A DNA stretch of 64,000 nucleotides from Bugula neritina (Eukaryota > Animalia > Bryozoa), in contig OZ037770.1 of assembly GCA_964035545.1 (NCBI GenBank), positions 6,644,729 to 6,708,728 on the forward strand. Direction: 5' to 3'. Positions 26,952-39,362 of the stretch are shown one piece after another. The stretch's first letter is position 1; every line of letters begins with the position of its first letter. The position numbers were made by a program, and so were the translations under genes. The notes beneath the pieces are model-generated. The model was not told the origin of the DNA. It saw nothing but the letters and a program-made list of their open reading frames with translations, and ran no database searches.

Positions 26952-27350
26952 TAGTGGTGGGTAACAGTGGGTAATTGAAGGTAGTGGTGGGTAGTAGTAG
27001 ATAATTGTAGGTAGTGGTGAGTAGTAGTAGTAGGTAATTGTAGGTAGGGGTGTGTAGTAGTAGGTAATTATAGGTAGGGGTGGGTAATTGTAGGTAGGGG
27101 TGGGTAACAGCGGGTAATTGAAGGTAGTGGTGAGTAACAGTGGGTAATTGTAGGTAGTGGTGGGTAGTAGTAGGTAATTGTAGGTAGTGGTGGGTAGTAG
27201 TAGGTAATTGTAGGTAGGGATGGGTAGTAGTAGGTTTTGTAGGTAGGGATGGGTAGTATACTATAGTAGGTAATTGTAGGTAGTGGTGAGAAGCAGCAGG
27301 TATTTATAGATAACTGTGAGAAGTGGTAGGTAATTGGTAGGTGAGTATTT
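26952..27350. repeat. G-rich ~30-bp degenerate minisatellite (GTAGGTAGTGGTGGGTAGTAGTAGGTAATT)
   Basis: Read directly; the YYYPPLPTIT ORF is a repeat artefact. Confidence 0.9.
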
Positions 27351-30300
27351 GTGAGTAGCTGTAAACTCTTACAGTATATTACATTCAAATTCTCATTTTT
27401 TTAAAATAAATTTGATGATGCAGGAGTTATCTACCCTCATGTTTAGATAAGCGGTGCTAAACAAAGTTGATGCTACAAAATAATGTTCTCCACATCAGTA
27501 GTAGATTTTCAACCCCACAAAAGTGAGCTCATAACATCTTTAGAATCTCATTGTAAAATAAAGCAAATTTCACTTTGTTACATTTTATATCTCCAAATGA
27601 ATTAGGCTGTCTGTAAGTGACATAGTTTGATGTAGTTACGGTAGAAACAAAATAACATAATTTTGATTGAAAAAGGTTTAGTTAATCTAGCAATTTTTAG
27701 CTTGTAGTTTTGCTCAAAATTTTAATACAAATTAGAGATTAGCTAGCTAAAAAGAGAGACAACTGTGTAGGTCTCATCCCTCTGTATCTGTGATGAAATA
27801 GCTGTCAACTCAGTTGTTTGGCAAACAATTAGTCATATGCAAAGCTGGAGTTTTCTTTTAATACAAAACTTTCTCAAAAAAATTATAATTTGAACAGCTG
27901 TCTAAAATCAAAGTAAAACTCTAACCCCTAAACAAATAACTAAGAACTCAAGCAAAGCAGCATTGTATATTACTACATCAACTTAAAGTTTTTGTAATCA
28001 GCCAATTAATCTGCAAAATTAGGTATTATAAACTCAACTTTATTCAAGATATCTTTTTTGAGTTATAGAATTCAAAATAGCTCCCGTAAAATAAAAGTAT
28101 CTTCTCAGTGTTTTACTCATATATACATTATACTTACATTAGAGGTAGTTAATTTGTTATGAACAGTGTGGTTTGGTGTGACTGAGCTCTCCGGTTTGCT
28201 GGGTTAGATTAAGTATATTTTCTTCCGTCGGAAGGAGCGATGTAATATAAGCAGATCTACTGAACACAAAAAGTTAACTTACAATGCGTCTGCAAAATAG
28301 GATATGTCATAGATACTTCAGACTGTACGCACAAAGCCAGCGAAACACTGACAACCAGATTGTTATGATAACTAAATAACTTTTGAAAACTTTTCAACGT
28401 CAAAATTAATAAATAGCTTTTAAAAAGCTAAGCTTGAATTTTAGAAAGCTTAGAAAAGTAGAGAAATTATTTTTAGGGAGTGATTTGAGGTTTGCATGCC
28501 CCCCCCCCTCCCCACTCATGTTGTAAAAGCTTAATTAGCTTGCAGGTCTATTAGCTGTTCCAAAACAAGCCTGTTGACAGTTATATAGTTTCGTGACTAG
28601 AAAACATCACACTTTTATATTCAAGCTGTTACCCCCACCACCTCTGCGCTACACCTCCTCTGTGTTTTACCCCCTCAGTGTTACACCCCCTCTATACTGC
28701 CTTCTCTGTGCTAAACAACAGGCTTCTAGGTTATAACATACAAACCTGTTAGAAGCAAATTTGCGACAGATATATCTGTAATCGTGAAACAAGATAATAT
28801 AGGCTTATAGAATGTTTAATGAAACATTGGCTTCAATGTAGTAGATTCACATCCCAACTTTTCTTTAAAAATAGAATTCTATGAAGTATGTTTGTCAAGA
28901 CTTAATTATTGCTGTATTTGCCTTGCATTGATTTATTGTGACCTAGGTCACAATTGCATTGAATATTTTCAAATTATATTTAATTAATTAGAGAAAAACC
29001 GTATAGCCACATAACTTTTGTAATTTGAAACATTATAGCAGCAACTTGGCATAAATACAAAATGATGTTAAACAATTTACTAGACTAAAATATACGTCAA
29101 TATATTTAACTATTGTAAATGCCACAGTCGACACAGAAATTATAGACTCCAAGACTAAATGGTAAATATCTGAGTTAATAACAAGATATTGTGTCATGTT
29201 TGTTGTGTGTAGAAATGTGTTTCAGTTACCTGGCGTAACAAACAGTCTGATGTTTTGTATAGCTTTGCAATCTGAGTATAGACATTAGTTTATTTAATCT
29301 ATCACTGAACTAGCAAGTAACATAAACAAATAACATTTACTAGCAACTCCTAATCTAGCAAAAAGAAACTGTTCTAAAATCCCAGTTGTACTTTTGTCTT
29401 GTTCTGACACTTGGGTGAAATCGTCAAATATTAGTCAATCACTCTCATGCAAACTATTAACTAAAAATGAATAAAGATGCACACAATTAGCTGGAGCTTT
29501 TATTTATGTAAACAGTTTCATCTCAGTTAGACGCTAGTTGTTTATTTTGGTACAATATATATTTTATGGGCAATTTATTTGAATATTATTGAAATATATA
29601 TATATTTAAGTAAATATGAATGAATTGCTTGTTATTTAGCACATAAATAAATTCCTTTGATTTCTATTAATTTACTAATTTTGCATTTTTTATAGTTTTT
29701 GTTGTTTGATGAAAAATGTTGTTTATATGTATTCATTAAAGATAATGTCTATTAAAAATTTATTACTGTTTTTTATCTCGAAAAAATCCTTAAAAGTTGG
29801 AATATTGTTCTAGATAGTTCATAAATTATTAGCTACCAGTATTAGCTATTCTACTTATAGCTATTAATATTATCATATTACTATTAGTATTAGCTATTTA
29901 GCTGTTAATACAAAGGTTAAATAGGTATGAATTTAGGTAGGTATATTACTATATATCACTTTCAAGTTTCATCTCAACAGTTACACTTACTGAGAGCTGT
30001 TGACTAATTGAACTGTTGAATTGATGACCTAACAAGTAACTGTTGAACTGATGACCTAACAAACTATGTCAATCAAGTTGATTGAGTGACTTGCACCCAA
30101 CAGTAGCTAGAAAAGTGTAGAAGTATAACTATAAGTATAAACATGTCTGAAGTCAATACCAATATCAATATGAATATCGATGGTCAACTTGAATTAGGAA
30201 AGAGAATACCAATATGTTTATTGCTAAGGTTAAATGTTATTCTAGTGAAATAGATGACTTACTGAAACTTTTCCTTGTTAGATCATCAACTTCATCTTAA

Positions 30301-30649
30301 AGTGCCTGCATATATATCGAATAAGATCTAAAGTTAAGATGACTGTGTTAAAACGAGTAGGATAATATTTGCATACACCGCAGTAAATATTACTCACGTT
30401 CTCAGATCACTTGGTCAAGTATTTAGTTCAAATCGATTTGCTCAGCATCTATTACATAACATCACAACGGCCACAGACAGATATTGACATTTACTTTTGT
30501 ATTCACACAATGACCCTTGGTGGCTCTTTCAGTAAGGGGTTATTACTTGATGTTTGGAGTATGTTGGGGTCAGTAGTTACCACGTGCACTGCTACAAAAA
30601 TAATATTTTAGTTATAGTTTGAGATGCATTTTATTTTATCAGTGAAAAC

Positions 30650-30838
30650 CACACAAGTAAAAATGACGCAAAAGGAAAAATAGATAAAAATGTCACAGTT
30701 TCAGTGTTTGGGGTTTGTGGGGGAAAAATTTAGAGTTAGATTTGGGGGGTTTGAGTTTGAGCAAACTTAACATATATGTGCTATTTTTACCTACTTTTTC
30801 ATCTGGGCCATTTTACCTATGCCATTATTATACCTAAA
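30650..30838. mobile_element. MITE-like family with GGCACAGGTAATAAT-type subterminal repeats and a GGGTTT-rich core (copy 1 of 3)
   Basis: Shares layout with 33085-33290 and 39795-40048; its right end (GTGCTATTTTTACCTAC...TGCCATTATT) mirrors the left-end repeats. Confidence 0.6.
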
Positions 30839-30867
30839 GTATATTTTGTAATATTGTAAGAGTTTTG

Positions 30868-30925
<58 letters not shown>

Positions 30926-30930
<5 letters not shown>

Positions 30931-31680
30931 GATAGTTAAGGGCATCCTCACTAAGAATATCATAAATTTCTTTCAAAATGTAGTTCAGGTTCTTGAATAA
31001 TATTGCTCTGCGGGTGGCATGCGTGTTGCCTACTTGCATTTGTTTAGCCTAAGATTAAACTACAGCCAATGAGCAGCAACCTTCATTAGGGCTGCGTTAT
31101 CTATCAACATTCCATTGTACATAAACATAAACAAAGTACAAAGCAAGCTATTCATTATAGCCTGCCAGCTAGCAAGCCTATAATTAGCATGTACGCGCCA
31201 ATATCTTCTCATCCCTAAGTGCTCATTGAAGCGTGAAGCACTGCGCGCTGCTAGTTTCTTATGAAAAAATATGGCATTTTCAGTGTATAAATCACCAATT
31301 TATGGGCAATCTAGAAGAGTTATTAGAAAATGAAAAAAAGTTGCACTGGAGAAATATCTCAGGATTCCAGCAGTGCAATTTTTATTCAGATATCATCTTT
31401 TGCTGCTGAGATATTTTACTGGTACTGAAAAGTCAGCTTTTCAGGCAAAATTGGCCAAAATTGGGCAGTTTTTTGTCTATAACTTTGCAAAAAAAATGAA
31501 AATTGAAATTTCCAAAAAAGTTGCACTGGGGAAAAACAGGATCTACAACATAGTTTTTAAATTTTGATTCTAGCACAATTAGGTGAGATTTTATTTTACT
31601 GGTACTGAATTCTTATATGATTACAATGCAAACCTCAGCAAGGCAGTTGCAGCTAAAAGGTTGCCCTTAACTATCCTGTG
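30926..31680. mobile_element. 755-bp non-autonomous DNA transposon inserted into (TA)n
   Basis: Perfect 19-bp TIR CACAGGATAGTTAAGGGCA / TGCCCTTAACTATCCTGTG with (TA)n on both sides. Internal direct repeats AAAAAAGTTGCACTGG and ATTTTACTGGTACTGAA. Confidence 0.9.
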
Positions 31681-31733
31681 TATATATATATATATATATA
31701 TCGAAAAGACAACTCCGCACATGGAGAAAGGAC

Positions 31734-32060
31734 AACTCCTTATTGTGCATCATAATAAGGTGCATTCATTTGCAGCAAATCAGCTATCGTGATAGTTGAC
31801 AACCGTCATAGCCAATCAGCGGAGCCACACTGGACACACGATACATTGAGATGGACGCTATTGACAATTATCTAGTTGATTGAGGGAGCTTGTATAACTC
31901 CTTATTGTGCATCATAATAAGGTGCATTCATTTGCAGCAAATCAGCTATCGTGATAGTTGACAACCGTCATAGCCAATCAGCGGAGCCAGACTGGACACA
32001 CGATACATTGAGATGGACGCTATTGACAATTATCTAGTTGATTGAGGGAGCTTGTATAAC
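31734..32060. repeat. 162-bp direct tandem duplication (2 copies, one mismatch seen)
   Basis: 31734-31895 versus 31896-32057; CCACAC versus CCAGAC is the difference I found. Confidence 0.92.
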
Positions 32061-32184
32061 ACAAAGTTGGATAGCAGCGTTGAAGTAGTGTTTCTGCTAT
32101 CAGTAATTATGTAATGTTTTTCTTACTTGGGTAGTAGTTAGGTACTTGTATGGTTCTTTTGTACAATAAACTCTTTATTACTTT

Positions 32185-32516
32185 AAAAGCCTGGCCTCAC
32201 CATTGTGAGAATGTGTGACGGTTATCCTCCAAACACATAATAAATAGTCCCATGAATGAGTCTTGCACTCAGTACAAGCAGCAGAAAATTGTCAAATAGA
32301 GAAACATAGTAAAATGAAATAATTTTTGTTGCTAAAATTCTATTGACCAATCAAATGGTACTTATCATCGATTGTGATTTTTCGTCCATCGTCATTGTTG
32401 TGTACACCCAACAATGACGGTTTCGTTTGAATTCCCTCAAATTTTCTTGTACGAATGTTTTTTCGTGTCAAATAGACGATTTCGTGTGATTCTCACCATG
32501 ATGAGGCCAGGCTTTT
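32185..32516. mobile_element. MITE, PIF/Harbinger-like
   Basis: TIRs AAAAGCCTGGCCTCACCATTGTGAGAAT / ATTCTCACCATGATGAGGCCAGGCTTTT in TAA/TTA context. Confidence 0.8.
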
Positions 32517-33084
32517 ACTTGGCTGTATTGCATTAGCTCTAAATAACTTGTAATTAGTGAAAGCGTAAATTCACAACAAAATGAATGTTTGATTATGAGA
32601 CCTTGCAGCTACTGTGTGTGTTCTGCTTTTAGAGGACACTTCAGTGTGTACTAGCCATAGTAATACAGTAAGTCTGTTGCTTGTCAATAAATATTACTAA
32701 TATTATTTGTAGTGAATGCTTAGTCTGTTTTGGCTTTTAAGTCTATCATAGTTTTCCAAACACTAAAGTGGAGAACATCTGCCATATGATTATCAAATCA
32801 GCAACCTGAGCTATTAGTTGAAATAAACTCCAGCTAACCTCTCCCCAACCCTAACCCCTTGGAAATACTAATAATATCTCATTTCAGTTTTTCCACGTTG
32901 AAACAATTTGTAAATGTTCAGCCTTTGAATGAGCACTAAAGGTATCAAGTAGATTTAATAGGTATTGGGCAATTGGCAGATTTGTTAGAAAAGACTTTTA
33001 TTTATATCTAAAATTTCCTGAAATAAAAATAAGTACAATCTGAATTAGAAAAGAAACAGGCTAATTGTTATAAGCCTTTCAGGA

Positions 33085-33470
<386 letters not shown>

Positions 33471-33471
33471 C

Positions 33472-33703
33472 AATAGTTTTACCAAAGCATAGCTAAAAAG
33501 CGTGTGAAATGTAAACCCAAGCCAGAGAGCTCAAGTGACTCTAGGGGTCACCTAAGAGTTATGAGCCTTGCTAAATGCTTATAGCAGCTTGAGTTTGTGA
33601 TCATGATGAGAGTGCTCAATCACTGAATGCCATTGCTGAACACAAAATGAGAGCATAATATCTCATTCTGTGTACAGCAGCTGTTTTGAGAGTTGTCCCC
33701 TCA
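33472..33703 (-). repeat. Inverted dispersed copy of the ~390-bp repeat at 10963-11530
   Basis: Contains reverse complements of GGTGACCCCTAGAGTCACTTGAGC and AAACAGCTGCTGTACACAG...GAGATATTATGCTCTCATT. Confidence 0.8.
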
Positions 33704-33887
33704 TCATTTAATATATAAATATAATTATATTATACATATATATTTGTTTATTTATCTATTTGTTTTTATATATAAACATATAAATTCTACAATTTTGGTT
33801 TGTATTGAAATTCTGCTAATTTAAATGTAATTAAATCTTTATTAGCATTTCTTAGAGACTTGGGAGTTAAAAAATAATATAACAACT

Positions 33888-34042
33888 GCATTGCAGTTAT
33901 TGGTATCCAAGATCGTCACCATAATATATTGCAGCTATTGGTATCCTAGATAGTCACCATATTGCAGCTATTGATATCCTAGATAGTCACCATATTGCAG
34001 CTATTGGTATCCTAGATAGTCACCATATTGCAGCTATTGATA
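33888..34042. repeat. 33-bp minisatellite (ATATTGCAGCTATTGGTATCCTAGATAGTCACC), ~4.5 copies
   Basis: Read directly from the sequence. Confidence 0.9.
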
Positions 34043-35061
34043 TCTTAGACAGGCACTATATTTTTAAGACCGACTGCACTCTACATTCAACTTTTTAGTT
34101 TATTGGAAGAAGGGGTAATCAACGTCCTGTTCATTTCCAACATAATAATATTACAAATATGATAAAATATCATGAAAACCAACTTGCATGTGAAATGAGC
34201 TAAACCACTGCCAATACTTTGAAGTCTGCTTCAGAAATTCAATCTGTTTCCTGCTAACTCAGCAAATAGCAAACCTGTATGATAATATGCCAGTAATGCT
34301 ACTTATTATTGTGATGATTATTGAGAGTTATCCTCTATTGCTGATAAGGTGTCATTTGTCTTTGCTAAAGTATTAAAGCTTAGGCTTGTAAATTGTTTAT
34401 ATGGGATGTGTTTTAACAAAATGTTCTACAGAATAAGTCTTAATAAGTTAACATGCAACTCTGTTTCTAAGTTGAGTATAAATTCCTATACCGGGTGCCT
34501 GATTATAACTGAGAGAAGAGACTGCAGCAAATAAAACAATGTAACAATAACTAATTCAAATTTATTATAATTAATTCTTACATGAATATTTGTACTATAG
34601 TTGTCTTCCCAAATTATGTGTTTAATGGGCTCATAAATTCATAAACTTTATGTAAACAAATGTTTAATATTAATTTGACTCAAATCTTACATGTGCCATG
34701 ATACTGATTATAATATTATTGCGCAGGGTTTTCAAACCTGGGAGTAGGTTATATGGGAGATTTGCATATACTTGTATTTTCACACAAATGATAAACATGC
34801 TTGTATTGTTGAGCATTCTATAGGCCATTCAAGGGCTCCTCAAATTAAGAACAATGCAGAGCTGGAAGCTTACAAATATCGTAACAAAAATCAACTAGTA
34901 ATGTGACACTCAAACAAGTGGCAAGTGTATCATCCATGTTTACAGGAGAATAAGCAGTAGTGTGATAATAGATAGGAGTTGCTAACTAATGAACTATCCT
35001 GCAGTATAAAGTAGTATGCAGTATACCACTATCTACTATATACAACAGTCATACTACTGTA

Positions 35062-37980
35062 TCATGACCACCCCATTACTTTCTGGCCCATGCGGCCAAT
35101 CATTGTTGTAGCATTCTTTAGTGCATTTTCATTGTAGAACTCTCTCGGATCCGGATAAGTGAAGTGCACTGAATATACCTCTTCCCAGTCAAATTCAGAA
35201 TGGAAGTTTGGTTTGGTATATCCATCCATCCAAGGTGGATGACAAGTCTGTTGCCAGCATATAACTTGGAACTTCCTGTCTAGCTTTACAGTCTCGGGGT
35301 ACTGCTCATACAGTTTGTAGGGCACCAGCAGTCCTGTGTAGTAAAACCCACCCTTCTTTCCAAAGTCTTTGTATTTCTCAAGCCACATTGATATAAACAC
35401 TGAATGGCGTTTTGCTGCTAAAACTCCTGGATTTATCACCTCGGGGAAGGTTTGAGCTTCATTAGGAATGAACCAATCATAGCCTAATACAGCGTCATAT
35501 CCCATTATTGCTTTGTCAATTGGCCGGGTAAATATTGCATCCCAGTCTATGAAAACGCCTCCATAGAGATACAAAAAGTATACACTCAGGATGTCTTTAC
35601 CATGAAACTTATCATTCTCATCAACAGGGTTGCCAAATACTGTTTGTATTGGAGGACAATATACAAACTTGACTTTGTTAGTGTTCAGTAACCTCTTCCA
35701 GTAGTCCCCTGTGGGTTCAATGTCACCATGTACATACACCATGTCAACTTGAAGTATGGATATCATACTGTATACACTCAGGTAAATGAAAAAGTTTATT
35801 TTATTTTCACCTATAAGGTAAAAGTGTCCAATGTTAGGTATTGGATCAGTCAGATCATATTTAGGCTCCTTTTTCTCTTCTGATCCATAAAACAGCTTCC
35901 TGGCTATTTTTGCGAACTGAGTGTTTTCGGTCATGATGTCACGAGGGTACAGTTTATCCACATCCATTGAGACGCAAAAATCTCCTGAGGATTCAGATAT
36001 TCTGTTGTGGTTGGCACAAGCATCAGCTCCAACAGGATGCACAATGTGCTCCGGCATAACTTCCTTTCCCACCAGAACGCCAGGGACACCATTAGAACGG
36101 ACAAACGCATGAGACTTTTTAGTTCGAAACTTATTGACTGGTTGGCGCAAAACAATATTTTCATTGATGAAAATACCTCCGTATTGAAAGGATTTAAAAA
36201 TAGACGATAGATAGTTTGCTTGTTGATAAATATCCACACAAGCTGTTGGTGGAGAAATGGTTTCAGGAAGGATGGCCACTTCAAAGTTATAGAAAGTGGT
36301 TTTGAGTTGAGTCAACCAGTTATTATACAGGTCTTCTATGGGTGGCTTACCGGGCCAGTGGTACAAAATAACCTTTATTGGTTGCTGCACTTTGATGGCA
36401 CTCAGCACTGAAAGCATGTGTTTGAATTCAAACAGGCGATTCTTTCTGCACCAAATCAAAAACACTACGTTAGCTGCCCCTTCATAGGCGCCAACAATCT
36501 CACTAGATTCTGGTGTACCATCAAAACCACCATATAGCATCAATGGATATTTTAACTCTCTGCTTTGGCTATGGACGTCATTAGAGCTGGCAAACACATC
36601 TTCCTGAAAAAATAGAATATTTAATTTTATAATACATAAACTGTTTGTATTATTGAAGTAATAAATTTTCTATTCAGAATTTTATTTAAAAAAATGGAAG
36701 TTTATTTGGAAAGTTGGCTTGAAAGGCTAATGAAATGCTGGACACAACATTTATAAACAACATACCATAAGTATGTACTAAATGCTAACCTATGAATATC
36801 TCATTTGCATACACGCCACTTGCTATAAACTATTAATATAATTAGTTCAATGCCAAAAATGACCGAAGCCATTTTTTTTTCTTATTATAATGTGAAAAAT
36901 ACAAATTTAATGAATAAATAACAAACGCTAACTTATTAATTATTACACATAAAATAGTAAATTAATATATAAACAAACTGAGATAAAAATAGGCAACACT
37001 GAATACCAAATTGTCACCTTTGTTTTCAACAGACATTCATTGTGTATGCAAAAAAGTATTTTATCTTCAAACAAAGTCATAACAATTTTTTTAACTCAAC
37101 TGAATTCTAAAATACTGAACAAACTAAGGTAAGGAAAGCCAATATTGTTTCACATGAAGATGACACCCTGAAAATATTGATTTATATCAACACTCCCCCC
37201 TCCTCCTCTCCCCCTCCTCTCCCCCTCCTCTCCCCCTCCTCTCCCCCTCTTCTCCCCCTCCTCTCCCTCTCTAAAGCATGTTGTAATGTTTGTACTATAT
37301 AATGGAAAAGTGCTGCTGCAGTTTTAATTTGTATTTGATGTCAGTGTTAGTGTAGTAATCAATAATAAATTGCATTATGAAACACTACATGTTGACCCTT
37401 TTCTAATATTATGTAATATTGTATAATATTACATAATATTATATAATATACTAGGTGTCAAGTCAGTGTGGCTTGCGCACAGACTACACAAAATTGGCCA
37501 GTAAGCAACAACAATTTCGCAGTAGCTTTTGTAGCTGAAAATAATCAGTTGAAATTTAGTAGTCAAAGTGTTGAAAACATAATGTTGTTTAAATAATCAA
37601 ATCACTCTACACTTAGTTTTGTGTTTTAGAAACTAGAGGTTTAGTATGAGATAATTCTGACGTTAACATTGCATAAAGTGAGTACAAAGGATATACACAA
37701 TAACCAGGTTTACTTAGCAGCTCAAACACCTCACCTGTTTGTTTCTGTCATCAACAGGTACAGGAGATGTCCTCTCAACATACACAACTCTTTCTACTAT
37801 CTTCTCCTTTAGCTTCGAATTTTGCTTTGGGCAGTCTTTGAAGCCATTAAACTGTCCACCAAGTATTTTCTTGTCAGTAGATGGGGTAGTTAGCACGAGA
37901 AGGGCAGCCAACAGAAATACAAGAAAGATACAAAAAGATATTGTAGAAACATTACACTTATGTTTCAAGCTTGTCAGCAT
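35062..37980 (-). CDS. Type II membrane glycosyltransferase, GT32 / alpha-1,4-glycosyltransferase-like (DXD family), two tandem modules, ~595 aa
   Basis: Exon 1 37980-37735 (MLTSLKHK..., TM ISFCIFLVFLLAALLVLT, ...NKQ) splices in phase 0 to exon 2 36603-35062. The C-terminal module IPNIGHF...YLSVYS...HGKDILS...LYLYGGVFIDWD...FISMWLEKY is typical GT32. Confidence 0.88.
37195..37272. repeat. Polypyrimidine 12-bp repeat (CCTCCTCTCCCC) in the glycosyltransferase intron
   Basis: Read directly from the sequence. Confidence 0.85.
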
Positions 37981-39362
37981 TATGCTAGTCTTGCCTTTAC
38001 TAGTAAATCTACTAATTAAACAACGGAGTTTGCTCACTGAGCTAGTAATCTTGTGCGTGAATAGAAACTATAGAGCCCGGTTCAGCCTATTGATTCCATT
38101 TCAATAGAAGAAAGTACGTGCTTTTATAAGCAGTTGTGGGTGTGGTCAAACGATGAGAGCATGTCTACTGTAAAAACTCAAAAATGAACATGAAATACAA
38201 TTTTAGCTGCTTTAACATGGCTAGCCTAGTGAGTGCAGTCAGAGCATTTATTCAAGACTCTGTAGGACCAGCTGAGGAAAACTGTTTTTTTACCATTAAA
38301 TATGTAGCTTTTTAGCTTGTTGAAAGTTAGTTGGGAAGCTTTTGTTAGTGCAATATAATACCAAATATTGCTAAATATTGTTATTACAGTCTTAAACAGC
38401 TGAGTGAATTGTGAATAATACCTTGGAAGAGTAGTCAAATTTGAAGGGTTACACAAGGTACCCGGATAATTTCTTCCAGAGAGATTTTGAACACTACATG
38501 TCTAGACGTGTACAGATAACGAATTATACTGTATGTGGATTTATTATAAGTACTATAAGCCTAAAAGTTTACGAGATATAAAATAATATATAGTATATGT
38601 ATAACATTCAACAGAAAGGGATAAATGTTAAACTGGTAGTTATATGCCTTATGCATATTTAAATATACATTTTAGGAGTTGTCTTTCTTTTTTTGCTTTT
38701 GAGCTTTTTCTAAGTTGAATTATGTTTATAGTGTTTTGAACTTGTTAAAATATTTAAAAATATAAAAGCAACTAAATGAAGTACAAAAATAGAAGATTAT
38801 AGCGAGGAACTATTTTATATAGCTTTTATTAGATGCTGTAACTCATTAAAATGCAGCTTTTAATTTTTATGTCATAAATACAGACTAGCATCTTAAATCG
38901 TAGACGGCAAGAGGCAGGATATTCTTTGACAGAAGGCAAAGTAATTATTGTAGAAACATCGCTGCCTTGAATTGCTAGACTACTACTGCCAGTGATCTCT
39001 TTATTATTTTAACTAGCTTCAAAACATTTCTTGCAGGGTACATGCAAAAGAGGTTTTGAAAATTGAGAAATTATAATGATGGTGCTTTTCAATATTCAAT
39101 AGCCCATGTGGTTTATTTAAATTTTAAAGGAAGTTTCAGTGAAGTACTTGCATATGTTAGCAACAATTGAAATCCTTAAGCATGCAATGGATTAACTGCT
39201 GTTTCTTTACTAGACAATTAAAATATATTTTAGTAAATATTTGACAGTCTGATAACAATAGCTGTAGGTATTATTGAGAGGATGATAATAGCTGTAGGTA
39301 TTATTGAGATGATGATAAATAATGCTTTCTTGTGGAAGTTGAACTTTTCTCTTTCACAAAGA

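Noticed and set aside
27068-27388. Extensin-like YYYPPLPTIT ORF
   Set aside because: Product of a 30-bp G-rich minisatellite; no splice sites link it to a gene.
28137-28289. Exon-like block with AG/GT boundaries upstream of the orphan gene
   Set aside because: Stops in all three minus frames; at most a non-coding 5' exon, which cannot be supported without transcripts.
35921-36411. Overlapping antisense and alternative-frame ORFs in the glycosyltransferase exon
   Set aside because: Short shadow ORFs of a real coding exon with no independent support.
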